Source: an uncultured Clostridia bacterium (GTDB taxonomy: Bacteria; Bacillota; Clostridia; Christensenellales; Borkfalkiaceae). Taken from it: a DNA stretch of 28,290 nt. The notes under the pieces were generated by a model. That model ran no database searches. It was not told the origin of the DNA and saw nothing but the letters and a program-made list of their open reading frames with translations. The stretch covers positions 1 to 28,290 of the forward strand of contig CBCPNE010000107.1 of assembly GCA_965120435.1 (NCBI GenBank), written 5' to 3'. Shown one piece after another: positions 17,852 to 26,615 of the stretch. Both the position numbers and the translations under genes were made by a program. How positions within the stretch are numbered: the stretch's first letter is position 1; each line of letters begins with the position of its first letter.

Positions 17852-17968
17852 TCTTTAAAAAAGGGGGAATTTGCCTATAGACTGCGTATATCGCTTTTAT
17901 CTGCGTCGGCGCGCCGTAAGGCGCGGGGCGATGCGCTGTATCTTTGATATGTTCCCCCTTTGAAGGAG
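17852..17968 (+). ncRNA. Candidate structured leader or ncRNA
   Basis: Nested helices aaagggggaa/ttcccccttt, atcgc/gcgat and cgcgcc-GTAA-ggcgcg (GNRA loop), ending at the SD of the next gene. No family recognised. Confidence 0.45.
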
Positions 17969-17974
17969 CGAACA

Positions 17975-18352
17975 TTGACGGAAAACAATATCTGCGAAGT
18001 CTTCGCCCTGTACGGGGTGGACGTAATTCTGCTAGCCGCAGTCACCGCGGCGCTGTGCGAAGCGCTGAAGAGAACGGTGCTTAAGGACAACGCGAGGGCG
18101 GTTATGCTTATCGCCTACGGCGCGGGTATAATCTTTTATTCCGTGTACGCCTGCGTACACGAGATGAGCGCGGCATATCTTTTGCAGAATTTTGCCGCGG
18201 TGTGCGAGCGCGGACTGTCCGTCGGCACGCTGGCGCTGCTGATATGCGCGGGGGTAGATAAATTCCTCGGCGGGGGAACGAACAGCGCGGACGGCGGCGA
18301 ACCGACAGAGGACAGCGGCGAAGAGACGGGAAAAACTGAACAGGCGTTTTAA
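17975..18352 (+). CDS. Small membrane protein (~3 TM) with acidic tail
   Basis: TTG start 6 nt after AAGGAG; three hydrophobic segments; followed by a hairpin. Confidence 0.7.
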   Translation: MTENNICEVFALYGVDVILLAAVTAALCEALKRTVLKDNARAVMLIAYGAGIIFYSVYACVHEMSAAYLLQNFAAVCERGLSVGTLALLICAGVDKFLGGGTNSADGGEPTEDSGEETGKTEQAF

Positions 18353-18356
18353 GCGC

Positions 18357-18382
18357 GGCGCGCGGCAGTTATGCCGCGCGCC
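18357..18382. terminator. Hairpin between convergent genes
   Basis: 10-bp stem ggcgcgcggc/gccgcgcgcc with loop agttat, followed by ttattt. Confidence 0.65.
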
Positions 18383-18386
18383 TTAT

Positions 18387-19595
18387 TTATCTTACGCTTT
18401 TAATCTTTACGTCGTACTCCACTTTCATCGCGTCAAAGAGATTGTCTTTGTACTGCCCGTAGTACTTCCCCCCGTATTCATACAGCATCCTGCCCGCGCC
18501 GACGAGGTCGCACGAATTCTGCGTGCAGAAGTCTGTGAGGGACTGCAGTCTGCCCTTTATCGTACCCGAAACCGCCTCCAGCACGCCGTCCGGCACGAGG
18601 TGGGAATTTGCGGCGCCCTCTGACGACGGATTGCTTTCCGCCGACTGAATGTGGGCGAGGCCGCTGAATTTTATCCTGAGGACGGGAACGCCGCCCGATA
18701 TGCGCAGCGCGGCCGAGCCATAATTGTTTTTTAGCCCCACCGTATAATTTTCGCCCTCATATACAGTGTTTACCACCGCAAGGCGGATACTGTTTTTTAT
18801 GAGGTTGAGCGCAAAGGATGCGTCCTCGTCAAGAACGCCCTTAAACTCCCCATCCGAAAAGGCGGCCGTTGTAAGGCAGGTGAATTCCGCAGTTCCCTCC
18901 CCTCCTGAACTTTTGCCCGAACCGCCCGAAGAGCCGTCTGACGAGGCGGACGTCGTGCCGCCGCTTCCGTCGTCTGAAAACTCTATGAACGGCATATATG
19001 AAGCCGCGGAGGCAGAGCCGCCGTCCTGCGCAAACATCTTGAGGTTTACGGTGGCGGCGTTGGCAGAATTGCGGAGTTCTTCCGACATAGCCCGCGAGAT
19101 TGCGGAGGAGGACATTCCCCCGTCGGCAGGCTTCTGCCCCAACAGCCCGCGCGCGCTGCCGCGGCACATCCCTACGAGGGCGGTGAGCGGAACATATTCG
19201 TTGCGGTAAAAGAAGTCCAGCACGCGGTATATGTTTGACTGTTCACAGCTTTCGCCCAGAACTATGAGATTGCAGAAGGTAAGTTTAGGGTAAAAACCCG
19301 TCTTTGCGTTTATCCGGTCTATGGCCTCCGCCACCGTCGCACCCTCGCCCGTAACCTGCGTGTATGCGGCGCTCCCCTCACCCTGGGCGGGCGTGGGGAC
19401 TGCGGCCTGCGCCGTGACGGAGTAGCCGCCGTCTTCCGCGTCTATGCCGAGCGCGACGACCACGGACGTCTTGTGAATGTCCACGAGGCCGAAATCATTG
19501 GTGAAAAACAGAAAGAGCATTGCGGCTATTATCAGTATAAAAACTATGCGCGCCGCCCTCTGCACGCCGTCGCCGCCGAAAGCAATCCTTTTCAT
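18387..19595 (-). CDS. Spore germination receptor C subunit, Ger(x)C family
   Basis: SVVVALGID, VTGEGATVAEAID, LIVLGE, LDFFYRN, CDLVGAG. Third gene of the gerA-B-C cluster, with an ATGA overlap with gerB. Confidence 0.85.
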   Translation of the reverse strand: MKRIAFGGDGVQRAARIVFILIIAAMLFLFFTNDFGLVDIHKTSVVVALGIDAEDGGYSVTAQAAVPTPAQGEGSAAYTQVTGEGATVAEAIDRINAKTGFYPKLTFCNLIVLGESCEQSNIYRVLDFFYRNEYVPLTALVGMCRGSARGLLGQKPADGGMSSSAISRAMSEELRNSANAATVNLKMFAQDGGSASAASYMPFIEFSDDGSGGTTSASSDGSSGGSGKSSGGEGTAEFTCLTTAAFSDGEFKGVLDEDASFALNLIKNSIRLAVVNTVYEGENYTVGLKNNYGSAALRISGGVPVLRIKFSGLAHIQSAESNPSSEGAANSHLVPDGVLEAVSGTIKGRLQSLTDFCTQNSCDLVGAGRMLYEYGGKYYGQYKDNLFDAMKVEYDVKIKSVR

Positions 19596-20728
19596 CGCGC
19601 CTTCCCCTCCGCCCTGCGCGGCCTTCTCACGGCGGCGTACAGTACCCATACAAGGGGCGGCAGCACGAATGAGAACACGGCAAACACCGGCCAAAGATAG
19701 CTGCCGTACACAAGCTGTACGGCGCTGTAGCTGTTATTGAAGGCTATGACGAGCGCCGCCGCTATGATATTCACCGCCAGCGAGGCTGCGGCGGAGCCTG
19801 TGCTGACCCGGCCGCCCTCCGTCTGGCGGACGCCCAGCAGGGAACATATACACGTCACGCACAGCTGAAGACAGAGCGCGAGAGCGAACAGCATACATAT
19901 CTCTGCGGCATATACGGCTATAAGGTCTATTCTTCCGACGACGGACAGGGCGTTGAAGAACACTGACACCTTGCTTATTGCAAAGTACTGGTCGGGCGCA
20001 AGCGTAGAAAAGATACTGTAAAACAGCGCGAGAAACACCAGGACGAGTACCGCGCCGAGCGAATACGTCAGTGTGATTTTTGCGCAGTCACCCTTTCTGT
20101 ATTCAAACCTGCCGAGAAGCATAAGCATTACGGCGGCGTCCGTAAAGTTATACAGCCCGAAGCGTATCCCTGTGAAAATTCCAGACGCAGGGCGGCGCAG
20201 CACGGGGAGCAGCCACTCCATATTGCTCTCCGCAAACGACATAATAAAAATGGCCGCGATTGCCGCGCAGAACACGGGCAGCGCAATGTCCGCCGCCCTG
20301 CCGGCGTTCCTTATGCCCTTTGCCGCCGCATACACGGCGAAGATAAAGAACGGCAGGAACGGTATGAGCGACGGAATAGTGTCGTAAAAGATTGACTGAA
20401 CGAACAGCTTCTGTTCGAGCATAGGGAGAAACGCCGCCAGAAAGAAGAACAGCGCAAACAGGCACATAAGTATCTTTGAGACAACTTTGCCGAACGCCTC
20501 CTCCGCGAGGGCGAAAAAGGTTTTGTCCGTCCTTGAACAGGCGAAAGCTACCGCCCACACGGCGGCGGTTTGCAGAAGGTATATGAACAGCGCGGGGAAC
20601 ACGAGGTCGTTTGCGCAGTAATAGCTTAAGAGCGCGGGCAGCATAAGCAGCTTGCCCGCCGCGGGATAGGCAAACATTATGAAGCACACCTGCCTTGTGC
20701 AAAGTTGATTTTTCATTCCTGTCAACAA
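19592..20728 (-). CDS. Spore germination receptor B subunit (APC-fold membrane protein)
   Basis: About 10 TM segments, RQVCFIMF start, GRIDLI motif, located between gerA-like and gerC-like genes. Start may be TTG 20728 or ATG 20716. Confidence 0.85.
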   Translation of the reverse strand: MLTGMKNQLCTRQVCFIMFAYPAAGKLLMLPALLSYYCANDLVFPALFIYLLQTAAVWAVAFACSRTDKTFFALAEEAFGKVVSKILMCLFALFFFLAAFLPMLEQKLFVQSIFYDTIPSLIPFLPFFIFAVYAAAKGIRNAGRAADIALPVFCAAIAAIFIMSFAESNMEWLLPVLRRPASGIFTGIRFGLYNFTDAAVMLMLLGRFEYRKGDCAKITLTYSLGAVLVLVFLALFYSIFSTLAPDQYFAISKVSVFFNALSVVGRIDLIAVYAAEICMLFALALCLQLCVTCICSLLGVRQTEGGRVSTGSAAASLAVNIIAAALVIAFNNSYSAVQLVYGSYLWPVFAVFSFVLPPLVWVLYAAVRRPRRAEGKAR

Positions 20729-20774
20729 TTCTCCTATACGGTATGTGATTTTTGCGCGGACGCGCCGCGGAGGG

Positions 20775-22205
20775 TCAGCTCTTCCTCTTAAGGCGCACCC
20801 TGTCCTTTGTTTTAAGCGCCTTTGGCCGCCGCGAAAGCGAATACATATCCGCCTTTACGAGGCTGTCTGAAAGGTCGGACGGTATCAGCGGTGAAAAAGG
20901 AGCGGTCAGCGGCACTCCGTAGGCCTGTTCGGTGACGAGATAACAGATTAAAAAGGCTATGAACAGCACTATGCCGAAAGTGCCTATGCTGCCCGCTATT
21001 ATCAGAAATATCCACCTGAGCATGGCGGTAGTTTCCACGAGGTCTGGCACGACGTACAGGCAGATTGCGGAAAATGCCACGATAATTATTGCAGGCGTGG
21101 AGATTATGCCCGCAGACACGGCAGTTTCGCCGAGGACGAGCGCGCCCACTATGGAGATTGCCAGCCCCACATATTTTGGCATTCTGATGGAGGCCTCGTT
21201 CAGTACTTCGAGGACGAAGAGCGTAAGGAACATCTCTACGCTGGGCGACAGCGGCAGGCCTGATACCGAGCTTGAAATATTGAGCAGCAGTTTGAACGGT
21301 ATGAGCTGCAGTTTGAACAGCTGTGCCGCGACATACAGCCCCGGCAGAATGACGCCCACGGTGAGCGCCACGGCGCGCAGCAGGCGCAGAATTGTGGCGC
21401 GATAGGACGAAATATAGTAGTCCTCTGACGACTGGAAGTCCTCCGCGAGCATATACGGCACGGTGATTGCTATAGGGGAGCCGTCCACTATCAGCCCCAC
21501 CCTGCCCTCGCAGAGTTTGGCGCAGAATATGTCCGGCTTTTCGCAGGTTGCGCAGCGTTTGAAAACAGAGCGCGGCTTTGCCGAAATAAACCTGCCTATA
21601 TACGACGAGTCCGCCACAATATCTATTTCCGTGGAGGCTATCTGCTTTTTTATCTTGTCCGGCAGGGACTTGTCGCACACCCCCTCTATATAGCATATGG
21701 TGACGGCCGTGTCCGAACGTTTGCCTGCGCGGACGGTGTCCATACGCAGTTTGTCGGTTTTAAGGCGCTTTCTCACGAGAGCGTTGTTTACCTTTACGTC
21801 CTCCGTAAAGCCCTCCCTCGGCCCTTTGACGGCAATCTGCGTGGGAGGTTCGGCAACCGACCTTCCCGGCGGCTTTGTGAGCCCTATTATAAAAAATTCG
21901 CTCTCGCCGTCCACAAGCAGCACCGCGCCGCCGTAAGAGATTTCCTTCACCGCCACGGAAAAATCGTCGCCCTCCTTTACTTCGGGGGAGGCGAGGATGG
22001 AGCGCACTTCCTCTATGGCGGCGTCGCTTTGCACAGGGCGCAGAGGCTTTACCACAAGTTCGCCCAGCTGCACCTTGTCCACCAGCCCGTCCACATAGAT
22101 GAGAGCAAACTTTTTGCCGTGCAGCGAGGTAAATTCATATGTTATGACGTCGCCTGAAACGAGGACGTCCTTTATTCTGTCTATATTCTGCCGTAAATCC
22201 CGCAT
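20775..22205 (-). CDS. Spore germination receptor A subunit, GerA family
   Basis: YVDGLVD, KGPREGFTE, NNALVRKR, EKPD..CAKLCEGRVGLIVDGSP, EASIRMP, IVGALVLGETAVSAGI. Start placed at ATG 22205. Confidence 0.93.
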   Translation of the reverse strand: MRDLRQNIDRIKDVLVSGDVITYEFTSLHGKKFALIYVDGLVDKVQLGELVVKPLRPVQSDAAIEEVRSILASPEVKEGDDFSVAVKEISYGGAVLLVDGESEFFIIGLTKPPGRSVAEPPTQIAVKGPREGFTEDVKVNNALVRKRLKTDKLRMDTVRAGKRSDTAVTICYIEGVCDKSLPDKIKKQIASTEIDIVADSSYIGRFISAKPRSVFKRCATCEKPDIFCAKLCEGRVGLIVDGSPIAITVPYMLAEDFQSSEDYYISSYRATILRLLRAVALTVGVILPGLYVAAQLFKLQLIPFKLLLNISSSVSGLPLSPSVEMFLTLFVLEVLNEASIRMPKYVGLAISIVGALVLGETAVSAGIISTPAIIIVAFSAICLYVVPDLVETTAMLRWIFLIIAGSIGTFGIVLFIAFLICYLVTEQAYGVPLTAPFSPLIPSDLSDSLVKADMYSLSRRPKALKTKDRVRLKRKS

Positions 22206-22275
22206 ACCGTTATTATCCGCCAAAAAATTTATTTTATTATAGCGGCGGACCGACCGGGCGGCCGCCGCGCCGCGT

Positions 22276-22304
22276 TTGACAAAATCTGTGCGCGGTGATA
22301 AAAT
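22276..22304 (+). promoter_or_regulatory. SigA promoter for ogg
   Basis: TTGACA-17-(TGa)TAAAAT; AGGAG SD downstream. Confidence 0.8.
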
Positions 22305-22331
22305 TTACGGCGTACATAAGAGGAGATTTTT

Positions 22332-23156
22332 ATGCAGAAGATAGACTACGACGGCAGCTTCTTTTCGCCCGAAGACGTGCTTGAATGCGGACAGATTTTC
22401 CGCTTTTATCCGTACCGCGACGGGTACAGGGTATATTCCGCGGACAGGGCCTGCTACATATACGCGCAGGGCGGCAGGACGATTGTGGAGTGCGACGACG
22501 GCGACTACTTCTACAATTTTTTTGACCTCGGCCGCGACTACGGCGCGATAAATATGCGGGCGAGAAGCTTCGGCGTGCCCCTGCTTGAGCGCGGGGCGGA
22601 GCGCGGCAAGGGAATAAGGCTGCTTAACCAGAACGCCGAGGAGATGATTTATTCCTTCATAATTTCGCAGAACAACAATATCCCGCGCATAAAGGGCATT
22701 ATAGAGCGCATATGCAACGCCCTGGGCGAGGAAAGGGAATTTATGGGCGAGAAATACCACGCCTTCCCCTCCTCTGCGGCGCTCGCCTCCGTGCCACCGC
22801 AATTTTACAGGGAGCTGGGCGCGGGCTACCGCGACGAATACCTTGCAAAGACCTCTGCACGCATAGCAAAGGAGGGCATAGACGGACTGTATTCCCTCCC
22901 CTCTTCCGGACTCAAAAGCGAGCTTATGACATATACGGGCATAGGGCCGAAGGTTGCCGACTGCATAAGTCTGTTCGGGTTCGGGCGGAGGGAATGTTTC
23001 CCCGTGGACACCTGGATTGAAAAACTGTACAGAGAGGACTTCGGCGGACAGCTTAAGGACAGAAACAGGATAAACGCCTACTTTTGCGGACTGTTCGGCA
23101 GCGACGCGGGATATATGCAGCAGTACCTCTTCTACGCTAAACGCGAAGGAATGTGA
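22332..23156 (+). CDS. ogg: 8-oxoguanine DNA glycosylase/AP lyase (HhH-GPD family)
   Basis: LECGQIFR, GIRLLNQ, SFIISQNNNIPRI, HhH GIGPKVADC (Lys), FPVDTW (Asp), AGYMQQYLF. Confidence 0.9.
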   Translation: MQKIDYDGSFFSPEDVLECGQIFRFYPYRDGYRVYSADRACYIYAQGGRTIVECDDGDYFYNFFDLGRDYGAINMRARSFGVPLLERGAERGKGIRLLNQNAEEMIYSFIISQNNNIPRIKGIIERICNALGEEREFMGEKYHAFPSSAALASVPPQFYRELGAGYRDEYLAKTSARIAKEGIDGLYSLPSSGLKSELMTYTGIGPKVADCISLFGFGRRECFPVDTWIEKLYREDFGGQLKDRNRINAYFCGLFGSDAGYMQQYLFYAKREGM

Positions 23157-23212
23157 GCATAAGCGGCGGGCAGACAGCGTATTTTTATGTGTAAAAGGGA
23201 GAAAATTATATT

Positions 23213-23890
23213 ATGCCCGACTTTTTTACACACATGATTGCCGCAGAACTGATATATGAAAAGCTGGACGGCGAATACGGAAAGGCCGTAACGGACAGAC
23301 CGCTGTACCTGCTGGGAGCGCAGGGCGGCGACATATTCTTTTTTTACGGACTGAGCTTCAAGAACAATCTGGGCAGACTGCTGCACCGCGCGCCCGCGGC
23401 CGAACTGTTTGACGCCATTTCAAAGGGCGACAGGTCCTATGCGGCGGGCTGGGCAACGCACTACGCGTTAGACAGCAGCGTACACCCGTTGGTCTACGCG
23501 TATGAGGAAGCGCACAGGGGCGCGTTTATACACCAGAGATATGAGAAAGACCTTGGACTGTATGTGAGCAGAAAGAGCGGGCTCCGCAGGACCATACTGC
23601 CGAGGGAAAAGGTTATAGCCTGCACCCCCGCCATATGCGACTCGGTTAAGAAGTATGTGCCATATGTTAGCGCTTCTGGCGTGGCCTGCTGCCTTAAACG
23701 GTACTTTGCTTACACGCGCAGACTGTTCGGCTCCAAACAGCAGGAATTTACGCTAGACTGCGACTATTCGGCGGCATACGCGGCCTTTCAGCAGGGGTGC
23801 GAACTCGGCGTACAGGCCGTAAAATGCGTGCTGGACGGCAGGATTGACGGCGAAGTGTTTTCAAAGAGTTTTTTGGAAAGGCGCGCATAA
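23213..23890 (+). CDS. Zinc-dependent phospholipase C/P1-nuclease-fold protein, cytoplasmic
   Basis: MPDFFTH, GAQGGDIFF, THYALDSSVHP and HQRYE metal-ligand pattern; no signal peptide; GGGAG SD. Confidence 0.75.
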   Translation: MPDFFTHMIAAELIYEKLDGEYGKAVTDRPLYLLGAQGGDIFFFYGLSFKNNLGRLLHRAPAAELFDAISKGDRSYAAGWATHYALDSSVHPLVYAYEEAHRGAFIHQRYEKDLGLYVSRKSGLRRTILPREKVIACTPAICDSVKKYVPYVSASGVACCLKRYFAYTRRLFGSKQQEFTLDCDYSAAYAAFQQGCELGVQAVKCVLDGRIDGEVFSKSFLERRA

Positions 23891-23993
23891 CACGGCGCGC
23901 CGCCGCTTAAAAAACCGCCGCCTGCGGCAAGGACATATACAGAGCATTAAAGAGCGGGGACGCGCTGCGCCCTCCGCCCTTTTTTTGCCGGCT

Positions 23994-24857
23994 TCAGCCG
24001 TCCTCCCCTACGGCAGGAGCTTCGTCCTGGATTTCAAACACTCTGTCGTATATTCCGCGGGACACAAATCCGAGGTACAGTTCGTCCTGCGTTACCTCCC
24101 TTCCGCCCGCGCGGAAGATTACATACTTCTTGTCGTCGAGAAACCTGACCGCCTCCCGATAGGTAAGATTTTCGTCCGTAAAGATGTACTTTATCTCCAG
24201 CCCGCGCCTCTTCTTTTCGGGCGTGGCAAAATTTATTTTTGCGGCCTGCGGCGGCTTTTCAAAGGCGGACAGCACGAGAAACGCCCCGAACATTATGCAG
24301 GTGAAGCCGAGGTCTGTGAGGAAGAACAGCGCAGCAAAAGCGCCCGCAAACAGTACGGCCGCGCAGCGCATTATTATGTTTGCCGTCCGCGCGGAGAACA
24401 GTTTTGTAAGCGCACACCTTGCAACCCTGCCGCCGTCGAGCGGGTAGGCGGGCAGCAGATTTACGGCGAGCATTACGGCGTTTGCCTGCATAAGTATATC
24501 CGTATAGGCGTAAGTTACGGGATAAAACCACCACAGCCCTGCAAGCGCAACGCACAGGGCGGCGTTGACTAGCGGCCCTGCAAGCGCGAGTTTTACCTCG
24601 TCCGACGGGGAAATGCCGTCTATTTCACACACGGCGGACGCACCGTAAGGCGTGAGCCTTATTCTGCTGCAGACAAAGCCCATTCTGTGCGCGCAAAATA
24701 TATGACCGCACTCGTGGATGAGCGCGGTCAGCGTATATATTACGAATATCGGAAGTCCGCCGAACAGCGCGCTCAACAGCCCGACCGCTATGAACAGCGG
24801 GTGAACGGTAATTTTTACGAATTCCAGACGGGAACTGTTCCGCTTAAAGTGTAACAA
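23994..24857 (-). CDS. spoIVFB: SpoIVFB-like site-2 (M50) intramembrane protease
   Basis: VHPLF, HECGH (HExxH), LAGPLVN, NLLPAYPLDGGR (NPDG). Follows a spoIVFA-like gene. Start codon uncertain. Confidence 0.75.
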   Translation of the reverse strand: MLHFKRNSSRLEFVKITVHPLFIAVGLLSALFGGLPIFVIYTLTALIHECGHIFCAHRMGFVCSRIRLTPYGASAVCEIDGISPSDEVKLALAGPLVNAALCVALAGLWWFYPVTYAYTDILMQANAVMLAVNLLPAYPLDGGRVARCALTKLFSARTANIIMRCAAVLFAGAFAALFFLTDLGFTCIMFGAFLVLSAFEKPPQAAKINFATPEKKRRGLEIKYIFTDENLTYREAVRFLDDKKYVIFRAGGREVTQDELYLGFVSRGIYDRVFEIQDEAPAVGEDG

Positions 24858-25555
24858 TTCAAAAGTTCTCCGTCGTTATACATTGATACGGACACCTCGC
24901 GCGAGCCGTCGGAATACCCCACGGGTATGTTGCCCAGCACCGTATCGCCTGGCTCGTAATATACCTGAGTGAGCCCGCTCATTACGCTGCGGAAAGAGGA
25001 CGTATGCGCAATCTCTACGGAATATCCGCCGCTTTCAAGTTCTGTTACGGTTGCCACTTCGCCGTTGGTAACGGGATAGACGGCGCACTCAGCGGTGAAG
25101 GTTATTACCCCGGAATCCGATACGGAAACTTCCGCGTCGGAAAGGTCGGAAACTACGGAGTTCAGCTCAAAATCCGTATAGGCCGCCTCCGTTGTACTCT
25201 CCTGCGTGAGAGAGGTTATAAAAGTATTTATGGCGCTGTTGGGCATAAACACGTTGGTGAGAAATATGCCGACCGCCAGAAGGCAGGCCGCCACAATCTC
25301 TATCATCAAAATCTTGCCGGATTTGTCGCTCAGAGTTGCGGCAAAGGCAGATTTTTCAGGCTTGGGCGGAACGGAGAGGTCCTCCGCATAGACGTAGTCG
25401 CCCATGCGCTCGTTTACGCTGTCCACGACCTGTTCTTTAAGGTTATCCTCTTCCTCCTCCCTGGGCCGTCTTTTAAAGACGCTCTTCTTCTTTACCACGC
25501 TCACCGTGCTGACAGGCACTTCAAGCATCTGGGCATATTCAAGTTCCTGGTTCAT
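24815..25555 (-). CDS. SpoIVFA-like single-TM protein with non-catalytic M23/LytM-like domain
   Basis: One TM segment, then VYPVTNGEV..VEIAHT..GDTVLGNIPVG; no HxxxD/HxH ligands. GGAGG SD; adjacent to the M50 protease. Confidence 0.65.
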   Translation of the reverse strand: MNQELEYAQMLEVPVSTVSVVKKKSVFKRRPREEEEDNLKEQVVDSVNERMGDYVYAEDLSVPPKPEKSAFAATLSDKSGKILMIEIVAACLLAVGIFLTNVFMPNSAINTFITSLTQESTTEAAYTDFELNSVVSDLSDAEVSVSDSGVITFTAECAVYPVTNGEVATVTELESGGYSVEIAHTSSFRSVMSGLTQVYYEPGDTVLGNIPVGYSDGSREVSVSMYNDGELLNCYTLSGTVPVWNS

Positions 25556-25645
25556 TCACATAGCCTCCGCTTTTTTCAGGTTTACCTTAATGTATGCGGA
25601 GGTCTGTGCGCATAGAACGGTGCCGTATGCAAAAAAATTGTCAGA

Positions 25646-26497
25646 TTATGGCGCGGCGGCGGTGGGTTGTCCGCTCAGTCTGTCGGCGAGGGCGGCAAAC
25701 GAGGCGGGCGGGAGTTCTTCCCCGCGCGCCATAGAATCTATGCCGCAGGACGACAGAATTTCCCGCGCCTGCTCCCTTGTCAATTTAAACGCCTGCATAA
25801 GGTTGTTTTCAAGCGTCTTTCTGCGGGAGGAAAAGGCCGCGCGCACCACCTTTTTGTACATTGCCGCGTCCTTTACGGGCACGTTGCCGTCCACGATGTC
25901 TATTCTGACTACGGCGCTGTCCACATTGGGGCGGGGCGAAAACATATGGCGCGGCACGCGCTTTATTATGCGGCAGTTTCCGCGCAGGGCGATGGACGCG
26001 GTGACGGCGCCGTACTCCGCCGTTCCCGCCGTTGCACAGAAGCGTTCTGCAACCTCCTCCTGCACCATAACGGTGAGGGACAGGCATTTTTTTGCCTGCT
26101 CTACAAACTTCATTACGAGCGGCGTGGTTATATAATACGGCAGGTTGGCTATCACGACATAGGGGGGCATTGCCTCCTCAAAGGCGCGCATATCAACCTT
26201 CATAAAGTCCCTGAACACCACTTCGGCGTTCTCTATGCCGGAGAGGGTGACGGCCAGCACGGGTTCAAGCTCGCGGTCTATCTCAAAGGCGACGACCTTT
26301 TTTACGCGCCCTGCTATGGCGCGGGTGAGCGTTCCCGCACCGCAGCCGACTTCCACCACCACGCTTTCGCCGTCCGCGCCCGACCCCTCCACTATGGAGG
26401 CGAGCAGATTTTCATCCGTTATGAAGTTCTGCCCGAACTGTTTTTTGAATCTGAAGCCGTGCGCAAGCAGCAGCTCTTTTACCTTTTTATCTTCCAT
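25646..26497 (-). CDS. rsmA: 16S rRNA m6,2A dimethyltransferase
   Basis: KKQFGQNF, EVGCGAG, FEIDR, ANLPYYITTP, PRPNVDSAVV, RRKTL, RGEEL. Confidence 0.96.
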   Translation of the reverse strand: MEDKKVKELLLAHGFRFKKQFGQNFITDENLLASIVEGSGADGESVVVEVGCGAGTLTRAIAGRVKKVVAFEIDRELEPVLAVTLSGIENAEVVFRDFMKVDMRAFEEAMPPYVVIANLPYYITTPLVMKFVEQAKKCLSLTVMVQEEVAERFCATAGTAEYGAVTASIALRGNCRIIKRVPRHMFSPRPNVDSAVVRIDIVDGNVPVKDAAMYKKVVRAAFSSRRKTLENNLMQAFKLTREQAREILSSCGIDSMARGEELPPASFAALADRLSGQPTAAAP

Positions 26498-26552
26498 AAT
26501 CTGCCTCTTGAAAAGCGGAATAAAAACAACTCTTCCGCAGATACTTATAACA

Positions 26553-26566
26553 GTAAACGCGTTTAC
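26553..26566. promoter_or_regulatory. Perfect 14-bp palindrome upstream of rsmA
   Basis: GTAAACGCGTTTAC, between a TTGTAA and a TGtTATAAG on the minus strand. Confidence 0.35.
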
Positions 26567-26581
26567 CTTACAAAAGATTGA

Positions 26582-26609
26582 GGGGCGGCGGCAAAATTGC
26601 CGCCGCCCC
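26582..26609. terminator. Strong hairpin after the radical SAM gene
   Basis: ggggcggcggcaa/ttgccgccgcccc stem with an imperfect U-tract. Confidence 0.6.
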
Positions 26610-26615
26610 GCTCTT

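Noticed and set aside
22236-22241. TATAAT upstream of gerA as a vegetative promoter
   Set aside because: There is no -35 or extended -10, and no convincing SigF/SigG -35, so the promoter type cannot be supported.
24815-25555. M23-like domain lacking zinc ligands as a novel pseudo-peptidase
   Set aside because: Catalytically dead LytM domains are already known for SpoIVFA and SpoIIQ-type proteins, and the spoIVFB-like neighbour fits that.
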